Counted from the stretch's first letter, positions 20,072 through 29,524 are shown. The stretch: 64,000 nt of DNA from Terriglobia bacterium (GCA_963666975.2 CAXVYR010000004.1:1-64000); one strand, 5' to 3'. Notes: a model not told the origin generated them from the letters alone. Translations and numbers: made by a program.

Positions 20072-21341
20072 CTAGATGCCCTTCCCGCTGGCTAGCTTCA
20101 GCCCATGCTTGTCGTGGGCGCACTGAATCTGTCGCCGTCCCTTGGGCCAAGTAGCGCGACCAGTCGTCCATCAGGATACGCCGACGCTCGAACAGGTCCG
20201 AGCGCGCGTAGGCCGCCTCGACCCTGTTCTGGACCACATGCGCCAAGGCCGCCTCGATCACCTCCCGGGGATGATCCGTCTCCTCGGCCGCCCAGTCCCG
20301 GAAGCTGGACCTGAAACCGTGCGGCACGGCCGCGATCTTTTGCTTCTGGAGCAGGCGGAGCAACTCCATAGCGATAAGCGGATTTCCGCGCCGTTTGGTG
20401 AACACGAGTGGACTGATTCCCTCCCCGAGCGTCCGAACCGCATCGAGAATCTCCATCGCGCGGTCACACAGCGGCACCCGGTGTTCGCGCTTCCCCTTCA
20501 TCCGCGTGGCGGGAATCGTCCACACACCCTCGTCCCGATCGATCTCGGTCCACTCGGCCCACCGTACCTCGCCCCACCTCGCCGCCGTCAGCACCAGGAA
20601 TTCGAACGCCAGCTTCACGACCGGCCTCGCATTCGACGCCCGGACCCTCTCGATGGCCGCCGGCACTTCCCGGTGGGGCAATGCCCGCCTGTGTTGAACG
20701 ACATCGTGTTGGGTGCCGAGCACCGGCACGACCCGGTCACACGGGTTGTCGATGCGAAACTCCATCGCCACCGCCCATTCCAACACCGCCCGGATGCGTT
20801 GGTGGACGTTCCGGGCTGTGACCGCCTTCACATACCAGATGGGCGTGAGGATCTCTAAAACATCGGCGCTGTTGACCTCTGAAACCGGCATCTTACCGAT
20901 GCGTAGGAAAGCGTACCGCCTCAGGCTCGAAATCCACTCAAGACAGTGAGCCGAACTTCGCCAGCCGGATTGCTTCTGTTTCAGCACGCGCTCGGCGGCT
21001 TCGGCAAAGCTGGGCACGCCCTCGGTGCGGCGCTTCTCCGCGAGCGGGTCCCCGCCTTCACGGGCCAACTTACGGTTGGCCAGCGCCTTCTTCCGGGCCT
21101 CGGCCAGCGAAACCAGGGCGACGCTGCCGAGGCCAAGCTCACGGCGGCGGCCGCGAACGAAGAGTCGCTGAATCCAGCTTCGGGTTCCGGTCGGCTGAAC
21201 CAACAGGTACAACCCGTTGCCGTCAGCGTGCCTTCCCACTCCGGCTGAGCGCACGAAGGTTGCCGACAGGGCCTTGTCGGGATGGCGGCCTTTGGGTTTG
21301 GTTGTTTGCGGAGCGGTAGCGTTATTCTTCACTGTAATCAT
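19893..21341 (-). CDS. P4-like tyrosine integrase with Arm DNA-binding domain; ORF runs on into the adjacent IS
   Basis: HADGNGLYL.V...LGLGS...VSLAEAR, LTAARWGE, MKGKREHRVPL, HGFRSSFRDW, LAH and AAYAR. The catalytic R-K-H-R-H-Y residues are present. Confidence 0.92.
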   Translation of the reverse strand: MITVKNNATAPQTTKPKGRHPDKALSATFVRSAGVGRHADGNGLYLLVQPTGTRSWIQRLFVRGRRRELGLGSVALVSLAEARKKALANRKLAREGGDPLAEKRRTEGVPSFAEAAERVLKQKQSGWRSSAHCLEWISSLRRYAFLRIGKMPVSEVNSADVLEILTPIWYVKAVTARNVHQRIRAVLEWAVAMEFRIDNPCDRVVPVLGTQHDVVQHRRALPHREVPAAIERVRASNARPVVKLAFEFLVLTAARWGEVRWAEWTEIDRDEGVWTIPATRMKGKREHRVPLCDRAMEILDAVRTLGEGISPLVFTKRRGNPLIAMELLRLLQKQKIAAVPHGFRSSFRDWAAEETDHPREVIEAALAHVVQNRVEAAYARSDLFERRRILMDDWSRYLAQGTATDSVRPRQAWAEASQREGHLGARGESVSEGEILEEWACEEEGEVRQWRHGDGHTKTTGTTGRFVDRDGRSAAVWGASIL

Positions 21342-21456
21342 CCCCACATTATATGAGGGGAATACTGTGGATGTCAAGAGACGTTGCGAGCAGGTCTAGT
21401 TGCTGCGGAACTCATGTAACTAAATGATTATATATCTAGTTATAGACTATCATGGA

Positions 21457-22038
21457 CTAGGATAGACTTCTCTGGAATTTCATTGAGTGTTGATGTTGCA
21501 ACAACAAGGTTGCCGCCTGCATGGCTCGCTTTCCGAAACGTCCCTGGAGTGAGGCTGCGGTCACCTGGACATAACATCCCGCCTCGACCCATTTCAGGAT
21601 CATCTCAGGTCTTCGGGCAAGCAAAGGATTCCGCTCCGGATGGGTGATGACCGGCAAAAGGTTCTGAGCAAGAAGATCCAGAAAAATCCGGCCGATTCCA
21701 GGCGGAAACCCGCTGTCGGCAAACTCCACCAGCAGATACTGGTGGCCATTGAGGGTGAAACGGCTGGGCTGCCGGCGAATCTCTTCCAGGTTTTCGTAGC
21801 TGAGATGGAAATCGCAGCCCAGCAGGATTTGCAGGGAGTCCCCAATGGCTTGCTGGAGCGCTTTCTGCTTGTGGCGGTTCAGAGCCGGGTCAAAAGCGAA
21901 GCGATAGTTGGCGTGCGGCGTGGCGACCACATGAGTGACGCCGTCGGCCGCCGCCATCTGCGCCATCTCGATTGCGATCCGCTCTTCCGGCGCCCCGTCA
22001 TCCAGATCGGGCAGGATGTGGCAATGAATATCTACCAT
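21457..22038 (-). pseudogene. 3'-truncated CpsB/CapC/YwqE-type PHP tyrosine-protein phosphatase
   Basis: MVDIHCHILP.LDDG, VVATPH, YLLVEF and ITHPERN are present. It stops before the conserved ASDAH motif. Confidence 0.85.
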
Positions 22039-22149
22039 AGTTTGAACTCACCAGCGTTTCGACCCAGCATAAGAGTTGCCCGGAAGAGTGTCAAGAATCC
22101 CCCAACGACCGGAGCAACAGGTCCCCCTGATTTCCTCCTGCGCAGCCTT

Positions 22150-22227
22150 TAGCAGGTTGTTGAAAAACACCATTTACCCGCTCCCTCACCCCTCGGCTTC
22201 GCTCGGGGCAGGCTCTCGCGGCTCTGA
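22150..22227. repeat. IS-end-like sequence plus REP copy with a nested palindrome
   Basis: TAGCAGGTTGTTGAAAAA followed by CCGCTCCCTCAC[CCCTCGGCTTCGCTCGGGGCAGGCTC]TCGCGGCTC. Confidence 0.5.
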
Positions 22228-22402
22228 TGGTTTCCCCACAGACTCTTTAGGCCTATTTGCGCCATCCACGCAAAGCCGCAAAGAACATCTGGAATCGTGC
22301 TGCAAAATTTAGTACAGTTACCTTTAGTTATCCATCGCATGTTCCCCCAAGGCGTATGCAATCAGATGGCAGAATCAGACAGGTTGGAAACAGGTTGAAC
22401 AG

Positions 22403-24352
22403 ATGAGCACAGTGGCAAAACCGGATGTTTTGCTGCAAGCCCGCCGCGTTTACCACCAGAACGGGGAAGCTGTCGCATTGTTGTCCCAGCTTGGCTCGTC
22501 CTTTGAGGCCGTTGCCCTGCCGGGGCGCTTTACAGCGGATGATTCCAACCCGAGCGTAGTCATCGGAGAAAATCCAGCCGTTTTCACCCCTGGGCTGAGG
22601 GAAGCAATTGAGCGAAACTCCATCCGGCTCCTCTACGTGCTGGGCACGGGTTCCGAACTTCCTGCCGAGGCCGGCGGGACGCCCGTCTTCAGCTTTTTAA
22701 CACCCCCCCTGCAGCGCGTGGTGGTGGAAAGCAGCTTGAACGCCGCTTTTGAGAATCTGCTGCTGGCCCGCAACCAGGCGGTCCTCCAATTGGAGCTCAA
22801 ACGAACGCGCGCCGAGATTGACGAGATGAATGAGATCGGCATCGCCCTTTCCTCCCAGCGCGATACGGGGGCCTTGCTGGATTTGATTCTCCGCAAGAGC
22901 CGCGAGATCACCACCAGCGACGCCGGTTCCCTTTACCTGGTGGAGGAATCCGAGCAGGATGAGAAGCGCCTGCGCTTCAAACTTACGCAGAATGACAGCA
23001 TGAAGGTGAGCTTGGGCGAGTTCACCATGCCCATCAACACCTCCAGCATCGCCGGTTACGTGGCCCTCACCGGAGAAGATCTGCACCTGGAAGACGTCTA
23101 CCAGCTGCCCTCCTCGCTGCCGTTCCAATTCAATCGCAAGTTTGACAAAGAAACCGGCTATCGCACCAAGTCAATGCTGGTTGTGCCGATGAAGAACCCG
23201 CAGGGGGAGATTCTGGGGGTGGTGCAGCTAATCAACTGCAAGCGGGATGCCGGCGCGCGCGTGGACATCCAAACCGCCGATGAGGTAATTCTGCCTTATC
23301 CGGAAGAGCGCCGCGCTCTGGTCAGTTCCCTGGCCAGCCAAGCCGCCGTAGCGATTGAAAACAACCGCCTCTATGAGAGCATCCAGGCCCTGTTTGAAGG
23401 ATTCGTCCAGGCCTCCGTTGTGGCGATTGAGGCCAGAGACCCCACTACTTTTGGACACTCCTTTCGGGTGGCGGACATGACAGTCGGCTTGGCCGAGGCC
23501 GTGGACCGCATGGATAGTAATCCTTTCCGGGACGTGACCTTCAGCCTCTCCGAGATGAAGGAGATTCGCTACGCCTCCGTGCTGCACGATTTCGGCAAGG
23601 TCGGAGTGCGCGAAGACGTGCTGGTCAAGGCCAAAAAACTCTATCCGCAGCAACTGGAGGTCGTCCAGCAGCGCTTCGATTTCGTCCGCAAGGCGGTCCA
23701 GGAGCAGCATTCCAACCGCAAGCTGGCCTATATCCTGGAGAAAGGGCGGGAAGCATTCCTGGCGCAACAAGAACAGTTCGACCGGGAGATGGCCGGCCAG
23801 TTGCAAGAGCTGGACAACTACTTCCAGTTTGTCCTGCAATGCAACGAACCCACCGTCTTGCCGGAAGGAAACTTCCAGCGTTTGGTGGAACTCACCGCTT
23901 TCCAATACCAGGACTGGGAAAACCAGAAGCGACCCTTGGTCGCTCCCCGCGAGATGGGCCTGCTGTCGATCCCCAAAGGGAGCCTGGATGAGAAGGAGCG
24001 GCAGCAGATTGAATCCCACGTCGTGCATACCTTCAACTTCCTCAGCCAGATTCCCTGGACCAAAGAGCTACGAAACATTCCAGCAATCGCCCGCGCCCAC
24101 CATGAGAAGCTGAACGGCACCGGCTATCCTCGCCAACTGAACGCCGCGGATATTCCCTTGCAGTCGAAGATCATGACGATCTCCGACATCTACGACGCGC
24201 TGTCGGCCTCCGACCGGCCTTACAAGAAGGCCGTCCCCACCGAGCGCGCCCTGGACATCATCGGGCAAGAGGCCAAACAAAACCTCGTTGACGACTCCCT
24301 GTTCCGCATTTTTGTGGAAGCTGAAATCTACAAAAAAATACTGAAGAAGTAG
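22403..24352 (+). CDS. GAF plus HD-GYP cyclic-dinucleotide phosphodiesterase
   Basis: GAF (DKETGYRTKSMLVVPM), LHDFGKVG, HHEKLNGTGYP and DIYDAL...RPYK. Confidence 0.92.
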   Translation: MSTVAKPDVLLQARRVYHQNGEAVALLSQLGSSFEAVALPGRFTADDSNPSVVIGENPAVFTPGLREAIERNSIRLLYVLGTGSELPAEAGGTPVFSFLTPPLQRVVVESSLNAAFENLLLARNQAVLQLELKRTRAEIDEMNEIGIALSSQRDTGALLDLILRKSREITTSDAGSLYLVEESEQDEKRLRFKLTQNDSMKVSLGEFTMPINTSSIAGYVALTGEDLHLEDVYQLPSSLPFQFNRKFDKETGYRTKSMLVVPMKNPQGEILGVVQLINCKRDAGARVDIQTADEVILPYPEERRALVSSLASQAAVAIENNRLYESIQALFEGFVQASVVAIEARDPTTFGHSFRVADMTVGLAEAVDRMDSNPFRDVTFSLSEMKEIRYASVLHDFGKVGVREDVLVKAKKLYPQQLEVVQQRFDFVRKAVQEQHSNRKLAYILEKGREAFLAQQEQFDREMAGQLQELDNYFQFVLQCNEPTVLPEGNFQRLVELTAFQYQDWENQKRPLVAPREMGLLSIPKGSLDEKERQQIESHVVHTFNFLSQIPWTKELRNIPAIARAHHEKLNGTGYPRQLNAADIPLQSKIMTISDIYDALSASDRPYKKAVPTERALDIIGQEAKQNLVDDSLFRIFVEAEIYKKILKK

Positions 24353-24362
24353 AAGATTTGAG

Positions 24363-24417
24363 TCAGGAGTCGGAAGGCGTTCTGCATTTCTTCTTACTTC
24401 TGACTCCTGAATTCTTT
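24363..24417. terminator. hairpin between convergent genes
   Basis: TCAGGAGTCGGAAG ... CTTCTGACTCCTGA followed by a T-tract. Confidence 0.55.
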
Positions 24418-24840
24418 TTATCCCAATGCCTTCAGAGCGGCCTGAGCCACCTCTTCGTCCTGCGCTTCGGTGCCGGCGCTGATGCCGATTCCGCCGACGA
24501 CGGCGCCCGACACCTCGACCGGCAATCCTCCTCGAACGCATGTCAGGTTTCCCGCGCTCGCCAGCGGCATCCCCAGAGAAAGCAGCAGGCTCGCATTTCC
24601 CTCGCTGGGCAAAGGGCCGGTAGCCGCGCGTCGCGTGGCGGCCGAGACTGCCTTGGTGATGGACACACGGACCGAGGAGGGCTTGGCATCGTCGATGCGA
24701 GCGAAAGCCAGCAGGTGGCCACCGTCGTCAGCCACGGCGATGCAGATCGGCAGCTTCATCTCGCTCGCCTTATTCGCGGCGGCCTCTAACAGAGCCTGCG
24801 CCCCTTCATAGGTCAGCTTTGGAGAATTTTTGGTCAGCAT
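24418..24840 (-). CDS. GlcG/HbpS-family heme-binding protein
   Basis: IAVADDGGHLLAFARID, KAVSAA and GGLPV...VVGGIGISAG...QDEEVA. Confidence 0.9.
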   Translation of the reverse strand: MLTKNSPKLTYEGAQALLEAAANKASEMKLPICIAVADDGGHLLAFARIDDAKPSSVRVSITKAVSAATRRAATGPLPSEGNASLLLSLGMPLASAGNLTCVRGGLPVEVSGAVVGGIGISAGTEAQDEEVAQAALKALG

Positions 24841-24856
24841 GGAACGTTGCCTCCTC

Positions 24857-26047
24857 CTATACGATTCCTTCCCTCCGCAAGTTCTCAATCTCTTCCGGAG
24901 AACAGCCCCGGTAGGTTTGCAGAATCTCTTCCGTGTCCTGCCCCAGCGCGGGTGCTGGGCGATATTCGGGCGTGCTGCCGGAAATTTTGATAGGGCAGCC
25001 CACCTCGCGAATTTTCCCGAAGACGGGATGCTGCACTTCGGCGATCATGTCATTTGCCACGAGCTCCGGATCGTCCAGGGCCTCCGCCACGCTGCGGACC
25101 GGAGCGCAGGGCACCCTACTCGTCAGCACCGCCAGCCATTCGGCGGTTCCCTTCCCGGCAAAAAAATTCTCTAAAATCGGAATCAGCGTCTCGCGGTGCT
25201 TCTGCCGCTGGTCGAAACCATTAAAACGCGGATCGTTCAGAAGATCGTCTCTGCCGGCCGCCTTGCATAGCGCAACCCAGAATTTTTCCTTGGCGCAAAA
25301 GATCGCCAGGTGCCCGTCCCGCGTGCGAAACGTCTGTCCCGGAACCAGCACGGAGTGGGCCGAGGCGGAGTTCCTCACCGGCTCCAGACCCCGGTTCAGG
25401 TACCAGATGGCGAGGTAGTTCAGCATAGAGACGGAGGTGTCGGCGAGGCTGACGTCCACCTCGCACCCGGCGCCGGTCTTGCGGCTGGAAAAGATTCCGG
25501 CCATTAACCCGAAGGCGGCTGCGAATCCGCCCGCGAAGTCGACCACCGAGACGCCGCACTTGGCGGGAGGCCCGTCCGGATCACCGGTCAAGCTCATATA
25601 CCCGGCGCTGGCCTGCATCAGCGGATCGTAACCCGGCTCGGCTGCCCGCGGGCCGTGCCTCCCGAAGGCGCTCAGGGAACAGCAGACGATGGCCGGGTTG
25701 TGCTCGCGTAAGGCGTCATAAGTGAGCCCCAGGCGCGCCGGAACGTCGCCTCGCAGGTTGTTGAATACGGCGTCAGAAATTTTAACCAGACGGTGGAAGA
25801 CGGCCATCCCGCGCAGGTCGCCGAGGTTCAGCAGAAGACTGCGCTTGTTGCGGTTGAAACACTGGAAATAAAGGCTGTCGTCCTCCAGCCGGTAAGGCGG
25901 CACGCTGCGGGCGACGTCGCCGCGCGTGGAGGGGTCTTCAATCTTGATGACCTCCGCGCCCATGTCCGCCAGCATCAAGGTCCCGTAAGGGCCCGCGCCG
26001 AACTGCGAAACCGCCAAAATCCGTAACCCCTCGAGCGGCAAGCTCAT
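24857..26047 (-). CDS. CaiB/BaiF family III CoA-transferase
   Basis: PLEGLRIL...AGPY...LADMGAEVIKIE, NRNKRSL, GYDPLMQA and APALGQDT. Confidence 0.93.
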   Translation of the reverse strand: MSLPLEGLRILAVSQFGAGPYGTLMLADMGAEVIKIEDPSTRGDVARSVPPYRLEDDSLYFQCFNRNKRSLLLNLGDLRGMAVFHRLVKISDAVFNNLRGDVPARLGLTYDALREHNPAIVCCSLSAFGRHGPRAAEPGYDPLMQASAGYMSLTGDPDGPPAKCGVSVVDFAGGFAAAFGLMAGIFSSRKTGAGCEVDVSLADTSVSMLNYLAIWYLNRGLEPVRNSASAHSVLVPGQTFRTRDGHLAIFCAKEKFWVALCKAAGRDDLLNDPRFNGFDQRQKHRETLIPILENFFAGKGTAEWLAVLTSRVPCAPVRSVAEALDDPELVANDMIAEVQHPVFGKIREVGCPIKISGSTPEYRPAPALGQDTEEILQTYRGCSPEEIENLRREGIV

Positions 26048-26259
26048 GGACTGATCCTTTCTTCATTTCTTCCTTGGGCAAATCGGTAGCGGCGCTCCAC
26101 GCTCCGCGAGGGGATATGATACACCGGCGCGGCTGGCCGGCGGATGGATTGCCCGGATGAATTGGCTGGTAGCTTTGCTGGATGAGTTACCCGGCGGAAG
26201 GGCTTTTCTGCCGGAGATCAAAGGCAGACGGTTGCCGGCGTGAGGGTCGGTAAAGTGGT

Positions 26260-26769
26260 TTATGAAGTTGTCGAAGAGGTGGGTTCCGATCTTCGCACCG
26301 GCAGGTAAAACCCGTTGCCGTTCCCACCGAGCGGGCATGAGAGCGCTTCTACAATGGAGGCCTCCGTCACCAGGATGGCGCAACCCCGCCCGCCCGGCTG
26401 CCATCCCCACAGACGCCCGCTGCGCAGCCAGAGACGAACCGCGTCCTCGCTCTTCCTCAGCCGGTAGGCCGCTTCCTTTACCGTGACCGTTTTCTCCTTG
26501 TTCAGGTCCAATACCTGTAGCGCGACCCGAACCGGCTCGGGAGTTTGAGCGGGCGCAGCTTTTACAACAGGCACGGCGGCGGGGCCAACATCTGCCGGAA
26601 CGCGTTTGGGGAGACGAGGGGGCCGTTTCAATTTCATTACGGGACCTGCTACCAGAAGCTTCCCATTAGGCCTCTTCACCCTCTGACCTGCCGACTTCTT
26701 CCCTGTTTTTTGGCGGGCCGGTCGCTGACTGGCCGTTTGCCGCTCCGCTGCGAGGGTTCTGGCGCGCAC
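26260..26769 (-). CDS. excisionase-like (HTH_17) DNA-binding protein with basic N-terminal tail
   Basis: TVTVKEAAYRLRKSEDAVRLWLRSGRL, placed 2 nt after the gemA-like stop. Confidence 0.75.
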   Translation of the reverse strand: MRARTLAAERQTASQRPARQKTGKKSAGQRVKRPNGKLLVAGPVMKLKRPPRLPKRVPADVGPAAVPVVKAAPAQTPEPVRVALQVLDLNKEKTVTVKEAAYRLRKSEDAVRLWLRSGRLWGWQPGGRGCAILVTEASIVEALSCPLGGNGNGFYLPVRRSEPTSSTTS

Positions 26770-26771
26770 GA

Positions 26772-27446
26772 TTACTCCGCCCTCCCCCCGTGAAGCTCCC
26801 TGTTAAACTTCTGGTCAAGTTCCCGCTTGATGGCCGACACTTCCCGGATCAGTTCTTCCTCTCTGACTGAATGGTCTTTCCCTTTGCGTTTCTGGATGCG
26901 CTGGCGAGCCCCCACGGCACATAAGGCCTCAATGACGCGCCCAGCCTGGTCATGCGCCAACTGCTCGGGCCGGTCTACATGGAACTTGGCCTGCAAAAAA
27001 CCGGCGAGCCTTTTCGCCGTCCCGCCTGGACGGGACCATCCCAGAAACTGCTCAATCTGCCGAATCTTCCAGAGCTGCGCGTCGCTCGGGCGGTCCAGAG
27101 GAGCGATAACGGAAGGTGTATCACTGATAGCAGTGGCGATAGCAGCGGCAGCGCCCTCGCCAGGAGGGTCCGCATCGACTCCAGCCGAAAGAGGTTTCTT
27201 GGGTCCTAATTCTTCGAGCAACCGGTGGATGACCTGGTTCGCTTCCTGCCAGTTCAATGCCTTGCAGGTCTCCACCTCATGACCTACGATCTCTGATATC
27301 TGCCGGAGTTGCGCTGCCCGGGAAATCCCCAGGCGTAGCCGCTTCCCCGCGTGCCGCAGTTTGGCGCTCCACAACGTCTGGAGAATTTGAATCTGTCGCA
27401 GGCTGATCCGCTGGCTCCGGAATCGCCCGATGGCTGCTTGGCTCAT
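26772..27446 (-). CDS. Mu GemA/gp16-like (DUF1018) protein
   Basis: TCKALNWQEANQVIHRL and PSDAQLWKIRQI...LGWS...LAGFL..KF.VDRPEQL...QA.RVIEAL, with AGGAGAAG upstream. Confidence 0.75.
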   Translation of the reverse strand: MSQAAIGRFRSQRISLRQIQILQTLWSAKLRHAGKRLRLGISRAAQLRQISEIVGHEVETCKALNWQEANQVIHRLLEELGPKKPLSAGVDADPPGEGAAAAIATAISDTPSVIAPLDRPSDAQLWKIRQIEQFLGWSRPGGTAKRLAGFLQAKFHVDRPEQLAHDQAGRVIEALCAVGARQRIQKRKGKDHSVREEELIREVSAIKRELDQKFNRELHGGRAE

Positions 27447-27512
27447 AAACCCTTCTTCTCCTCCTCCGTTCCCCGGTTAGGATCGCCGGCGAGCGGCGGA
27501 CAACGCTTCTAC

Positions 27513-28127
27513 TCACTTCGATGCATCTGCTCTTCTACTGCCAGTTGATGCCAGGGCAGCCCTGGCGGCTGGGTCCACCTCGTACCAGAACTCCTCGTTT
27601 TCCCGCAGCACAATGGAAGGACAGCGGAGCAACTCCGCCGACTCGCCGCCGGAACCGTTCCGGGCGAGCAGGACGGAGCGAATCGCCTCGCGGTCGATCT
27701 CCGTGCGCGTGCGCAGATAGCGGTGAAAGCCGCCGCTGAGGAGCCACTCCAGGACCGACGCCGCGTCCTCCACCACCACGCTGCGGGAACGCCGCGCGCC
27801 GAGGCGGCCGAAAGGCAGCTCCACCGACTTGCGCCCTTCGGCCAACACTTCCTTCCGGTGCGCCCAATAAAACCGCTCGATCTGGTGCCGCAGGCTCTCC
27901 TGCTCGCGTTCCATGTCCTTGCCGGCATCGAGCGTACGTTGTTTCAACTCCGCCACCCTGCGGTTCATCCGCACCGTGAGCGCTTCCATTTGTCGTTCAA
28001 TCTCCCCCAGCCGCGCCAGGCGCAGGTTCACGTCGTCCCAGCAGCGGGGACCCGCTGCACACTGCTTCCCTTGTTGCGCTTTTGCTTGTTTCAGCCTCTT
28101 GCTCTCTGTTTTCAGTCTCTTTTTCAT
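27513..28127 (-). CDS. gam: Mu Gam-like host-nuclease inhibitor / DNA end-binding protein
   Basis: WDDVN..L..LGEI coiled coil, then FY.AHR.E....RKSVELPFGRLG.R, YLRT..EIDREAI and EEFWYE. Confidence 0.85.
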   Translation of the reverse strand: MKKRLKTESKRLKQAKAQQGKQCAAGPRCWDDVNLRLARLGEIERQMEALTVRMNRRVAELKQRTLDAGKDMEREQESLRHQIERFYWAHRKEVLAEGRKSVELPFGRLGARRSRSVVVEDAASVLEWLLSGGFHRYLRTRTEIDREAIRSVLLARNGSGGESAELLRCPSIVLRENEEFWYEVDPAARAALASTGSRRADASK

Positions 28128-28128
28128 G

Positions 28129-28167
28129 GTTCGACCTCAAAGTTCAACCTCAAAGTTCAACCTCAAA
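28129..28167 (-). repeat. 3 x 13-bp tandem repeat containing the gam ribosome-binding site
   Basis: GTTC(G/A)ACCTCAAA x3. The minus-strand unit TTTGAGGTTGAAC carries GAGGT. Confidence 0.85.
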
Positions 28168-28592
28168 GAAGGGTGGGTAGCGATGCGGGACGAGGGGTCC
28201 TGAACCGGTTAAAGCGGAAATGGATGACCTAAGTACAAATCCTGGAAGATTTAGGATCAACTGAGGAAGGTTTAGAGAAGAACGGAATGGCACCCCCATA
28301 GGAGCCCGCCTTGTATTGCCAGCGGCTCCTGCCCGTACCATCCCGTTCTCTGCTAACTTATCGAGACACATATACGGTTTCGATAGCAGATAATTTCGCT
28401 TTTCTTTTAAGGACAGCCAGATCGTAAGCTGCCAACCGTACCAGGTCAGTCTCTGGCAATCTGTGGTTTTGAGCTTGCTTTTTGTGGCTTCTGTGCTAAC
28501 CATAAGCTGTATTACACAAAACCGAAAAGTAAGCAGCGATGACCCCTTCCGGCTGTCTGTGGAGGTACAGGGACGGGGGAAGCTGCAAACAA

Positions 28593-28611
28593 TACTTGTA
28601 TTATACAAGTA
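28593..28611. promoter_or_regulatory. palindromic operator overlapping a leftward -10 box
   Basis: Perfect TACTTGTAT-T-ATACAAGTA with minus-strand TATAAT in its centre. A degenerate copy CTGTATTACACAA is at 28507-28519. Confidence 0.7.
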
Positions 28612-28634
28612 GTCCACAAGTCAAGTAAAATTTT

Positions 28635-29423
28635 ATGAATGTTTCCGAGCGGCTGAAAAATTTCCGTAAGCGCTTAAATATCAATCAATCTGAGTTAGCG
28701 GACCGGACCGGATACTCCGCGTCATCTATCAGCCACTACGAACTCGGCAGAAGAAAACCCAGCCACCGCTTCCTGGAAAAGCTGGACGAGGTGGAAGCTG
28801 CAGCGACAAAGCCCGGCGGCAAAGCCGTTGATGCGAAGCGGACCGATCTGCAAACCCTCGGGGGGCAGATTGAATCCTTGAAAAAAGAGATCGAACATCT
28901 GACGGCACGGCTCAATCCAACCGGGGCTCAGGCGGAAAAGCCGGGATTCAACCCGCCGGAGATTCGCATCTACACTAAGGAGGAATGGAAGCAGGGCACC
29001 CAGGACCGGCTGCGCTTCCAGATTCAGATTCCTGTCCTAAGGGACGAAGCGGCGGCGGGCTCTCCGCGCGAAATCGACGGGCGGGACATTGACAGCTTCA
29101 TCGCCGTGCCGTCCAAGTTCGTGCCCCGGGGGCCGACGGCTTATACGGGCATATACATCCAGGGAGACTCGATGGAGCCGGTTCTGGGCAACCGCTTCAT
29201 AGTGGTGGTTGATCACACGCACCGCGATCCGGTCCGACTGCGGGGCCGGATGGTGGCGGCGCTGGTGCAGGACGGCGTGGTGGTCAAGTGGCTGGCGCGC
29301 GAGACACGGCGCGACCGCATCGTGTTGCGCTCTCAAAACCCGGACTATGAAGACATTGTATTGGAGTCGCCGGAGACCGATCCCATCATCGGCGACGTGG
29401 TGTTCTGGTGGGGCGTGCAGTAG
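28635..29423 (+). CDS. XRE-HTH plus S24 peptidase repressor (CI/LexA-like)
   Basis: HTH LNINQSELADRTGYSASSISHYELG, Ala-Gly cleavage site AAAG, catalytic Ser in GDSMEP and catalytic Lys in VVKWL. Confidence 0.92.
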   Translation: MNVSERLKNFRKRLNINQSELADRTGYSASSISHYELGRRKPSHRFLEKLDEVEAAATKPGGKAVDAKRTDLQTLGGQIESLKKEIEHLTARLNPTGAQAEKPGFNPPEIRIYTKEEWKQGTQDRLRFQIQIPVLRDEAAAGSPREIDGRDIDSFIAVPSKFVPRGPTAYTGIYIQGDSMEPVLGNRFIVVVDHTHRDPVRLRGRMVAALVQDGVVVKWLARETRRDRIVLRSQNPDYEDIVLESPETDPIIGDVVFWWGVQ

Positions 29424-29524
29424 GAGAGCAAGCCGACCGCGCGGTAAGACGGTTCCCGGTCGCGCCTGCCATGACTCAGTGCTGGACGGAACCGGATGCT
29501 TCTGCCTTCTGCCGGGGAACTTCC

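Noticed and set aside
21380-21500. tRNA or tmRNA at the integrase att site
   Set aside because: No T-loop (GTTCRA) or CCA-end cloverleaf found on either strand.
28150-28617. 155-aa ORF as a cro/ner gene
   Set aside because: No HTH pattern or SD, it starts within the operator region, and its composition looks non-coding.
26260-29423. Functional prophage
   Set aside because: No transposase, integrase, terminase, capsid, tail or lysis genes, and no recognisable ends.
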